A stretch of DNA of 64,000 nucleotides from contig CM097883.1 in NCBI GenBank assembly GCA_044892505.1, positions 446,214,001 to 446,278,000 on the forward strand. The letters are read 5' to 3'. A program made the translations under genes and the position numbers. The notes under the pieces were generated by a model, which was not told the DNA's origin, made no database searches, and was given only the letters and a program-made list of their open reading frames with translations. Source of the stretch: Schmidtea nova (lineage: Eukaryota). Of this stretch, positions 1-9,482 are shown piece by piece (position 1 is the first letter of the stretch; every line of letters starts with the position of its first letter).

Positions 1-523
1 TGAATAATTAAATTTGAAAGTTAGTTGAGTAATCTTTATCTTTCATTTTTATCGTTTCATTTTACCGAAATTTGTTTGTTCAAACCGAATAAAGCGACTC
101 TTAAATTCAGAATTGTGCGATCGCATAAATTCTGTGTAATTTATTCAAAGAAATTTTCTGGACATTCTAATGGAATATTTGCCAAAGGGAAACTATTTTA
201 ATACAAACTTTATGAATGAGATTGGAAAACAAATTGTTCAGGATTCCATACGTAGCACAATTCTATAAATGCGGATTTAGATGTTTGCTTACTCGTATTT
301 CATTTTCTATTGGAAATGCCAATATTTTCTTGACAATCAATATTCGTAGACAAGTTTCAAAAATTTAATAATTAATGGAATTTTGTAATTTTAAATTAAA
401 TATCTTTTAATTTTCGGAAATAATTTTTTGCAGTAATTCTTTTGAATTTCTGGGTAAAATGATTGATCGAATATTTTTTATATTGTTGGATTGTTGGGTT
501 GTTGGTGAAATGTAAAATTTACC

Positions 524-1185
524 TGTAGCGATGTTGAAGGACTACAATAATAATGTGAAAAATATATTTATATAAATACAGTTTCTCCTTCATTCTTCAT
601 TTTAAAAACTTGCTTCTCCCTTTATTCTAATTATTAAAACAAAATTGAAATCTCAATTTTGTTAATATTTCGAATTAAAATTGCAATAAAATCGGAAGCA
701 CTACAATAGCCCCTGTCGAAGTACGCGGAGCGCATGGGGTACTATTGGTGCTGTAAATTCTGCTGGTGACGTATGTGGTTTGAGGATCGGTCGAGCCTGA
801 GTGACTAGCGGAAGATGTCGATATAATTGTCGGAGATGTTTGTGTGGAATGTGAAATGACTGTATTGACTTTAACAGGAGTTGTTCTGCTGCTGTACTGC
901 TAACTCAGAAGATGTCTCCAGTACGAATCGACGATGTGGTTAGTTTTTTTGGAATATTGTTGCTGTTGTATTTGCAGCCTTATCAGCCAGGCACATTTCT
1001 GACACCAATTGTAGCGATGTTGAAAAACTACAATAATAATGTGAAAAATATATTTATATAAATAAAGTTTCTCCTTCATTCTTAATTTTAAAACTTGCTT
1101 CTCCCTTTATTCTAATTATTAAAACAAAATTGAAATCTCAATTTTGTTAATATTTCGAATTAAAATTGCAATAAAATCGGAAACA
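524..1185 (-). mobile_element. TRIM-like non-autonomous mini LTR element
   Basis: Two ~180-bp direct repeats (524-705 with TGTAG...CTACA ends; 1010-1185 with a damaged end). PBS TGGTGTCAGA at 998-1007, PPT-like AGGGGCTAT at 706-714, ~300-bp internal region. No TSD found. Confidence 0.7.
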
Positions 1186-3938
1186 ATATATTACCAATCA
1201 AATCTGTGACTCCAAAGAGTGTTTCATTTGATCCACAAAATTACAATTGTCTTACAATATAAACCTTTATTGATTATCACAGTTAGTTACACGAATTATA
1301 ACAAATCGATCGATTCAACACTCAAGTAGGCAATTATATGGAGCTTATTGTAACAGTTCGTGAGGAATAGCTCCACGCGTATAACAATCAAAAACTCTAA
1401 CAATCACTAGCCACTGATTAACTCAACAATTGCTTTCGATTGCCCTTGTTCTTTGACTTGACTTTATCAACTATTCTCTGACTCTTATCAATCCAAATTT
1501 CTTTGTTTCGTTCAATTAAGTTATCTACGTCTCGATTCTCCACAATATCACGTAATTATACAATTTCAATTCAATTTCAAACAACACTTTTCTTCAATTT
1601 TAGTACCACTTTTCTTCTCCAACTTTGCTTTTGATTTAGTTAAGATGACTTTCATTTTTTATAGTTTGCCATCTTCCGGAACTCATGGCACATCGCCTTT
1701 CCCACTACTGTATCTAATATTTTTCATTTTCTTTTTTAACTCCCATGTTGCCCCTGACAGTTTGGCTCTCGGGGTAATTGGTTTTTCTCCATTTCTGCTT
1801 ATGACATTTCCCATACACTTTCATAGATTCCACATTAATGTTGACAGTTAGACACTCAGGTTAATTTGTTTTTCTCCTTTAATACTTCTGGCATTTCCCA
1901 TACTTTTTTAAAGCTTTTATGTTATCTTGGACAACTGTCAATATACTGGTTTTGTTTTCGTGTTTTGTTTTCGTGATTTATTTTCGTGTTTTGGTTTTGT
2001 TTTCCAATTTCTGAATTCCATTCAGTTTTCTTGCACTTATCAGTTATAAGTGACTTTTCTCCGCTTTGTTGTTGAGTTTCTTTTCTTTTTTTATTCCTTC
2101 CTCATTTGCTACTTTTTTATTTTTCTTTTTTCTTCTCCAACTCCTGGTTGCAATCTCAATATCTCAATTACGATATCGGTTTTCCTCCAAGATATTCAAA
2201 TTGTCTATTAAATCATTTGTTATTTAGGTATCCTCAACAATATTAAAATAAATTCTAAAAGATAGATGAAATTTACTTATACGTATTTAAATATTCTTAT
2301 ACAATTTTTTATATAATGAAAATATTAAAAAAATTGCAATATTTTATCTTATGATTTACATCTTATTTTTTTCACCTTTGATCTCGATTTTTTTATTTCA
2401 GAAAATTTCAAAAAGTTTTTTATATAAAGACTATCAAAATTGCTTCTTTTAAGATTTTGTTTATATCCTTATTCTTTCAAACTATAGATCAATCTATTTA
2501 CAATTAACACAAATTTTCATCACTGTCTTCTTTGGAAAAAAAATATTTTAAAAAGACAGTGCAGGAATTTTGTGTGAATGGAAATAAAATTAAAACTAAC
2601 AGTTACAAAATTAAAGTACGTTTTGTTATATTACTCCATTACCTACTTTAATGAATACATATAATATCCCGAATATAACAACCTGGAAAAGGCGACATGT
2701 CGGTAGTGCTCATCTGCACCACACAAGAACAAATGCTTTAAGTGTTCAAGGTAAATAATTTAAAAAATAAGATATTTTAATGTATAATACCAATCCAGTT
2801 AAATAATAAGTACTCAGTCACCAAATTTCAGTAATTCCATTTCACTAGTTGTAAAAAAAAGATTGGCAAAAAAATCCTTCTATCTGCAGCAAGAACCCGA
2901 AAGAGAGAATTTAGTGAAGAGTAGTTTCGGCAACTGAACTCACCTGCTCACTAGATTCTCGCCACCGTGTACAGTGCCGACATAGTTACCTGGGGAATAA
3001 CTATGGGTACATGCGTGTGATGGATTGATATTTATGTTGCCGTGCGGGTTGCATTGACCCATAGAAATCGTTATTAATTTTTACAACAACACCCATACCA
3101 CCCAACACTAGTAGTAAAAAAAGATTGGCAAAAAATCCTTTCGACCTTGTAAAATATATAACATTATTAAAACAATTTGAAATCAGTGATAGCTAGTATT
3201 ATAACTTTTATATTTAAAATCTTGAAAATATTCAAAGAATAAAAATATCTTTAAATTTATTTTAAATCTTTATACTAATAATAAATTGTCAGATATTCAT
3301 TTACTTTGTAATAAATAAATTCAGATAGATTTACAATAATATATTCAGCACAAAATAATTATGATTAACAGCGATTTCTGGAAACTTAATTTAATTTAAG
3401 ATGGCTTTCGCTTTTTATAGTTTGCCATCGTCCGGCACTCATGGCACTTCGCCTTTCCCACTACTAAAAAATTATATTAAATTATAAAAAAATCAAACAA
3501 ATTATTTAACAAAAAGAAAAATTCAACTTTTTCGTTGCAAACTAATAACAATTTCTTCATTTATAAAAATCTGAAGAGAATTGTAAAATGTATTTGAAAA
3601 ATGTGAAACTTTAGCACCGAAATGTCTAGTTAAACTGGGAATAGTGTAAACATTTTCTGTTATTTTATTTTACATTGACGTTAGCTAAACTTTAATTATA
3701 TAGATAATTACATAATTTGATAATCATTATTAAAGAGACTTTTGGAAATGTTTTTTTCGGTGGTTTAAGGTAAAGGCATTTTTTATATATGCATCAGAAA
3801 AACATGCCATTTCTAAATTGAATCTGCTCACGTTACGCTCACAAGACATTTGGTATGGTAATCTTGACATAGTCGAACACACAACATTGTGATTTCATGT
3901 AGAAGTTTGAATTGATTCGGATGTATTTAATATGTTTA

Positions 3939-4669
3939 CAGTAAAACCTTGGATTGCGAGTATTTTGCAAGACGAGAGAATTTTTAAAATAAATTTTAAC
4001 TTGATAAGCCAGCTAAGTCTTGTAATACAAGTAACGTGTATACGCATGTCTACCAACCGTCACGTTCGGTTTCAGTCGGTCGGTGTCGATGTGCTTTACA
4101 TATTTACTCAACATACATATGAAGTATTGTTTATTTTCTTTCGAAACGTGGGTAATGAGTACATTTTGATAACAGTACTGTAACCATGGCTCCCAAAAAG
4201 AAAACTGTTGAAAAAGAAACAAGGTAAGAAAATGATTACGGGGGAAGTTAAGAAGGAAATCATCGAGAAGCACGCACGAGGTATGCGAGTGATCGACATC
4301 CGAAGATTGTATTAAAAGTCTACATCGACTATTTGCACAATATTAAAGAAAAAAATTAAGCAGACTAGATGTAGCAAATGTTCCTTCCCGTGTGGATACT
4401 GTGAAGGAAAACTGTATCCACGAGAAGGGAGAAATTTTGAACGCCAACCTCATAAACTGTATTATTTAATGTATGTGTATTACTTTTATGTACCTATAAG
4501 TATTCTTTTTATTTCGTATTAAACATTTTATTTGAATAAATCTTTTGTTGTGGAAGGATTCATTGGTGTTCCCATTATTTGTTATGAGTTATTCGTTTGG
4601 ATAAACGAGTGCTCCGGATTGCAAGTACGTTTCCGGAATGAATTAAGCTCGGTAACCGAGGTACAATTG
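3939..4669 (+). mobile_element. Tigger/pogo-like DNA transposon deletion derivative
   Basis: TA-CAGTAAAACCTTGG left end and CCGAGGTACAATTG-TA right end. A disrupted CENP-B-type HTH start (MAPKK...KKEIIEKHARGMRVIDIRRLY*KSTSTICTILKK) begins at 4186. Confidence 0.7.
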
Positions 4670-4895
4670 TACTTAGTTCTTCCGTTTTAACTGCATGCTA
4701 CAAATGTGTAGGTGTAAATAACTCGAGTATTCTGTACATTTTTCTGATTATAGTATATTATTTTTAGAAATGCTGTATAAATGCAGCCTGTCTTTAAAAA
4801 TAGAACAAAAATAACTGTTTTCACTTTTGATGTTTTATTCGCCTATTTCGTTTATTTTCATTCTTTCAGAATGAAAATGGTCAAAAATCCAACAA

Positions 4896-5306
4896 TTAAT
4901 ATTTTAGTGGACCTGTTTCAATATTAGCTGTTGATACTTTACCAAGTACGGTAAAACCAGCGAAATGAAAATTATAGTCATCTGGACGAGAATCTTGGCT
5001 ATTAATGTTTATAACGTAGCCATCAGTTGGTTCAATATTCCAACCGTCAGGACTCATAATTTTGGTAACATAGAAACCGAAATCATATATAGGAATAGAA
5101 TGCGCTCCATTTGGAGGGACATCAGTCACATAATTTAGAGTTCCGTCCGAAAACATTAATTGTGCTGATAATTTATGATAAGCAAATCCAATGATATCTG
5201 TTTTAACGAAACCACCACATCCAACAATATTACTGTGACACATTTGCAAAATATGAAGTGTTAAAATTTGTAGGACAATTAAAATTTTAACAATAGAATA
5301 ACGCAT
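4896..5306 (-). pseudogene. NOMO: NOMO (nodal modulator) N-terminal fragment inside the 3' LTR; terminates in flanking DNA (GPLKY*)
   Basis: Signal peptide followed by IVGCGGFVK...GTLNYVTDVPPNG..SIPIYD.G...KI..P.GW.IEP...YNFHFAGFTVLGKV.....GP, collinear with the NOMO N-terminus as recalled (VVGCGGFVK...GTLKYQTDCAPNNG...IPLYDKG...PPLGWSFEP...INFVFTGFSVNGKV...GP). Confidence 0.85.
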
Positions 5307-5858
5307 TTTAAATTATCAAAAACTAGTAGTCCACTTTTTAAAAAATATTTATTTTAAACAATATTCACAAGTTTCTTACAATTTTTAAACTTTAGCAGCC
5401 AAATATAAATTCCACGAGAAATATTAAAACAAACCTCAAACAATACCAAACCCTCAGTCAAAATAAAAAAATCAATGTTATTCAATGCAAAATAAATGCA
5501 AATGTAAAAAATTAAAATATATCATTTTTACCAATCATTTTGCAAGTCCAACCACAATGACCGATGTTTTATCACCTGAAAAATATGAAATTTTGAAAGA
5601 AATTAATTCAATTTCTAAATGTAATGATATCAACAATTTCCAAATAATGCAAATTGTTCGAAATTTAAACTCAACATATTCTCACGTTAGAATGAAATGT
5701 TTAAAAGTAATGGGCCAATTTATGGATCCCTTGAGTCATTTTCCATGTGGTTCATCTAATACTTTTGATATTGTTCAGTGGTTTACGCAGGATCAATTTC
5801 ATGGTTTGTGAAATATCATTTGAGAGAATTTTGGGTATCGGCTTTCTAGACCACTACA
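4903..5858 (-). repeat. 3' LTR (956 bp)
   Basis: Same length and, by eye, same sequence as 11775-12730; both contained ORFs translate identically. Confidence 0.95.
5485..5811 (+). pseudogene. Antisense ORF in the 3' LTR, possible tepsin-like ENTH/VHS N-terminal fragment
   Basis: TDVLSPEKYEILKEINSIS...QIVRNLNSTYSHVRMKCLKVM...GSS resembles the tepsin ENTH pattern (DDVPCPGYLFEEIAKIS...LSRLHSSSGHGKLKVLKIL...GSS). By-eye alignment only. Confidence 0.4.
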
Positions 5859-5870
5859 TCAGCCCCCATC
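5859..5870 (-). promoter_or_regulatory. Polypurine tract
   Basis: GATGGGGGCTGA immediately precedes TGTAG of the 3' LTR on the minus strand. Confidence 0.8.
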
Positions 5871-6071
5871 GGAAGATGCGGAGCACATTTTGAAATACTA
5901 TAATGTAGATACGTAATATAGTAGTTTAGTATATAATAATATGGTATTTTGTAGTGTCCGGAAAGTATTTGGAAAGAGTCGTGAAAGAAATGGAATAACC
6001 TGAGAAAGAATTGCGAAAGAAATTTAGGAAACCGAAAAAAAACTAATAGAACTTGGTGGAAAGTGGTGCAA

Positions 6072-9000
6072 TTAATTTGAATAGATTCTTATTAGTCTAG
6101 TTGGTGAATCCGGTTTTTGATTAATAGAACGGACACGAACCCATTTGTTGTAAGTGACGGACTTTGGTTTATTTTGTGTTTGCTTTGTTTTCCTCAAAAT
6201 GGGTGGTAAACGAAGTACGTCATTCGGTTCTTGGATAAACGGTATGTATTCAGATTTTTCCGTCATTTTGTTTTCTGCGTCTGATGTTTGAACAATCGGG
6301 TATGAAGGTGAGTTGTTGGAAAGATCGTCCTCAGTGGAATTGATAGGGTCATTATCGTTTATGTGAGAGTTCGGGATTATATCGGTTTGGATCGAGAAAT
6401 TGTCAGGTGGAGGTTCATCATCGAGCAAAACTAAAGCTGGTTTAAGACGGCAGAGGTTAAATGTTTGTGTAGAGTCGTTAACGATCACTTTCGCGTTGTT
6501 TTCTTTAATATCGACGAGCTTGTAAGGTCCGGAATATCTTGGCTTTAAACTTGCATCAGTTATATTTCTAATATAGACGTGTGATGCATTTTCGAATGTT
6601 TTTGGAATGTAAGGTTTATAGGTTGTCGCGGAAGAGAATTCAGGATTAGTGTCGATTGATAAAAAATGGTCTCTAGCAATCGCGAGATCTTCCAAAGTAG
6701 GAGAGTTATCAAAGTCGACAAGTTGACCTGGTAACGATGTGTTTGTACCGAAAAGTAATTGAGCGGGTGATGATCCTGTAGTCCTAGAAGGTGTATTTCG
6801 CCAACCTAATAATACGAAAGGTAAAACCTTTGTCCAACCTTGTTGTTCAGAAAGAATGCCAAGAGAAGCTTTTAAAGTACGATGGAAACGTTCGACTAAC
6901 CCGTTTGTTTGTGGATGATATGTGGTCGTACGAAGATGTTGTATCCCAAGTTTAGCGGTCAAAGCTTGAAATAAGTTAGATTCAAACTGTGTTCCGCGAT
7001 CACTGATGATCGACTTGGGAACTCCATATCGTGAAATCCAATTTTGAATTAGCGAAGTTGCGATAGTGTTAGAAGAAATGGTGCGTAAAGGAATGACTTC
7101 GAACCAACGAGTCTTGCGGTCGATCATGGTTAATAAGTAAGAGAAACCGCAGTCACTTGGGACTGGGCCGACGATGTCAATGTGTAAGTTTTCGAAACGG
7201 TTGCCAGTGGGGTAATGAATTATTGGAGGTTTAGTGTGCTTAGTTATCTTAAAACGTTGGCATCCTATGCATTGTGCAACCCAGAGTTTAACATCATGTC
7301 TCATGTTTGGCCAAACTACACACGTGTGTAATAGATTAAAAGTGGCTGAGGAACCTGGGTGGTGCGTGTTGTGGACAGAGAGAAAAGCCAGTTTTCTCAT
7401 GGAGTCATTCAAGATTGGGCGAAGAGTGCCAGGAAGAGATGAGTCGTAGTGAATTTTGTCTTTGATTATGTGTTTGTCGCCAAATTTCGAAATATCAATG
7501 GCATCTGGAGGATTATTTTGGAGTTCGTCGATAGAAAATAAAGGACAGTGGATAATTGCGTTTACATTTCGTGAAAGGCAATCAGCTATAATGTTATCAC
7601 TGCCGGCGATGTGGTATATTTGGCAAGAAAATTCGCTAATATAGCTAATCTGGCGTTGTTGTCTCGGAGAAGGGTCTTTCATTGAGAACAAGTAAACAAG
7701 TGGCTTGTGGTCTGTATGGATGCTAAAAATACGGCCCTCGAGTAAATGCTTAAAATGTTTAACCGATTGGTAAATAGCGAGAAGTTCGCGGTCGAAAGCT
7801 GAATATTTTTGTTGTGGTGAGGTAAGTTTCTTTGAGTAAAATTCTAGTGGCTCTGGGATGTAACCGTTTATCTGGTGTAAAACGGCACCGATTGCTATGT
7901 TTGATGCGTCTGTGGTTAAACGTAATGGTAAATCTCCTCGTGGATAATGCAGAGTCTGTATGTTTGAAAGGGCTGTTTTGGCATGCTCAAAAGCGAGCAA
8001 CGAAGTATCGTTCCAAGGAATTATAGATTTCTTTGGTTTAGAACAGTAACCAGAAAGAGGTGAAAGAATTTCTGAAATTTTAGGAATAAAACGGTGGCAA
8101 TAGTTTACTGTTCCCAGAAAACTCCGAAGTTGAGTAACAGTTTGTGGGAGAGGAAACTTAGATATAGTATCTAGTCTGTCGGATGGTGGACTGACGCCTT
8201 GACCCGAGATGATGTGACCTAAAAAACGGACTTCTTCTTTAAAAAATAAGCACTTATCTAAATTAATTTGTAGGTTATTGGAAGAAAGTGCGCAAAGAAC
8301 TGCATCTAAATGTTTTTTGTGTGTTTCCGCATCCTTAGAACCAATAAGGATATCGTCAATATAAGGAATTGCGAATGGTAAATCCATTAAAATATGGTCG
8401 ATGTGTCTTTGAAAGGTTTGAGCGGAATTTCTAAGGCCAAACGGCATGAAAACGTACTCAAAGAGTCCGATAGGTGTTAAAACTGCGGTTTTTTCCACGT
8501 CAGATTCTTTAACTGGGATTTGGTGATAGGCCTTAACTAAGTCTATAGTTGAAAATATTTTGGCCTCGGTAAGTCTGTACAAAATGTCGTTTACTAAAGG
8601 CATAGAATATGAGTCGTGAACCGTAATCATATTTAAACGACGATAATCTCCACAAGGTCTGAAAGTTCCGTCTTTCTTTGGTACGAGATGAAGTGGTGAA
8701 GACCATGGAGATTTAGATCTTTTTATAATGCCTTCGTTCAACAAAGTAGCGAATTCGGAGCGAACAAAATCTAGTTTTTCGTTCGAAAGAGGGCGTACTT
8801 TACAACGTACCGGAAGAGAGTTTGTGGTGTTGATAGTATGGCAGTAAGATGTTACAGAGACTTGCTTTCGTAAAGGCATTGTTTGTGAAAATGTGTATTT
8901 ATTTAAAATGTCTGTAGCAATCTTTGGATGAATGGGTTGAATGGCAGTGGATACAGAAACGTCAGATGAGTTGGAAATGTTGAGTTTTTGTGTGTCCATG

Positions 9001-9482
9001 ACTAAAGACGAATTTGTGTGCGAATGTGTTCTCAAAAGGCGTGAACGACAATCGACCAACAAATTGTGTGAACTCAAAAAGTCTGAGCCAAGAATGGGAT
9101 GGATAACGTCAGCGACACAGAACTTCCATATAAAAGATTGATTTAAAGAAGGAAGAACGAAATTTGCTGAAAAAGAACCGTGTGTATTTACCATGGTTCC
9201 GTTGGCGGCTTTCAAGGTATAAACGGAATCATCGCAAAGAGATTCATATTGTAAAGGAAGAATGGAGAGGCTGGATCCTGTGTCAACAAGAAAATCGAGA
9301 GTACTGCAAAAGTTCGGAGAAACGCTGAAAGAAGGGGATTCAGCTCTCACTAGAAATAAATCGAGTGCAGGAGGTAATTTGCCATCAACTTCAGCCGCAA
9401 CGAGTGATGGCATTACAAGTTTTTTTGAATGTTGTTTGGAGAAGATGGTGGGGAATTGTAGGATTTGCAACCTACAATGCAT
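6072..9482 (-). CDS. pol: Pol polyprotein (protease, RT, RNase H, integrase), probably entered by -1 frameshift near 9419-9425
   Basis: FLVDTGSS (protease); YIDD and MPFGLRNS (RT); TTDAS, DRELL, TDHKPL (RNase H); H..HH...CIGC, LHIDIVGP, SDRGTQF, NGLVERFH and GPY (integrase). Order is Ty3/gypsy; no stops. Confidence 0.97.
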   Translation of the reverse strand: MHCRLQILQFPTIFSKQHSKKLVMPSLVAAEVDGKLPPALDLFLVRAESPSFSVSPNFCSTLDFLVDTGSSLSILPLQYESLCDDSVYTLKAANGTMVNTHGSFSANFVLPSLNQSFIWKFCVADVIHPILGSDFLSSHNLLVDCRSRLLRTHSHTNSSLVMDTQKLNISNSSDVSVSTAIQPIHPKIATDILNKYTFSQTMPLRKQVSVTSYCHTINTTNSLPVRCKVRPLSNEKLDFVRSEFATLLNEGIIKRSKSPWSSPLHLVPKKDGTFRPCGDYRRLNMITVHDSYSMPLVNDILYRLTEAKIFSTIDLVKAYHQIPVKESDVEKTAVLTPIGLFEYVFMPFGLRNSAQTFQRHIDHILMDLPFAIPYIDDILIGSKDAETHKKHLDAVLCALSSNNLQINLDKCLFFKEEVRFLGHIISGQGVSPPSDRLDTISKFPLPQTVTQLRSFLGTVNYCHRFIPKISEILSPLSGYCSKPKKSIIPWNDTSLLAFEHAKTALSNIQTLHYPRGDLPLRLTTDASNIAIGAVLHQINGYIPEPLEFYSKKLTSPQQKYSAFDRELLAIYQSVKHFKHLLEGRIFSIHTDHKPLVYLFSMKDPSPRQQRQISYISEFSCQIYHIAGSDNIIADCLSRNVNAIIHCPLFSIDELQNNPPDAIDISKFGDKHIIKDKIHYDSSLPGTLRPILNDSMRKLAFLSVHNTHHPGSSATFNLLHTCVVWPNMRHDVKLWVAQCIGCQRFKITKHTKPPIIHYPTGNRFENLHIDIVGPVPSDCGFSYLLTMIDRKTRWFEVIPLRTISSNTIATSLIQNWISRYGVPKSIISDRGTQFESNLFQALTAKLGIQHLRTTTYHPQTNGLVERFHRTLKASLGILSEQQGWTKVLPFVLLGWRNTPSRTTGSSPAQLLFGTNTSLPGQLVDFDNSPTLEDLAIARDHFLSIDTNPEFSSATTYKPYIPKTFENASHVYIRNITDASLKPRYSGPYKLVDIKENNAKVIVNDSTQTFNLCRLKPALVLLDDEPPPDNFSIQTDIIPNSHINDNDPINSTEDDLSNNSPSYPIVQTSDAENKMTEKSEYIPFIQEPNDVLRLPPILRKTKQTQNKPKSVTYNKWVRVRSINQKPDSPTRLIRIYSN
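9380..9425 (-). promoter_or_regulatory. -1 programmed ribosomal frameshift signal
   Basis: A_AAA_AAC heptamer in the gag frame (9425-9419), a 6-nt spacer, then an 8-bp stem TGCCATCA/TGATGGCA (9412-9405 with 9387-9380). Pol is in the -1 frame (HSKKLV versus QKNL*). Confidence 0.85.

Noticed and set aside
1645-1851. Hydrophobic ORF (and its copy at 19149-19355)
   Set aside because: T-rich antisense reading of a degraded purine-rich repeat; no family signal.
5859-6071. Possible env gene between pol and the 3' LTR
   Set aside because: Only ~210 bp with no ORF; the element has no separate env.
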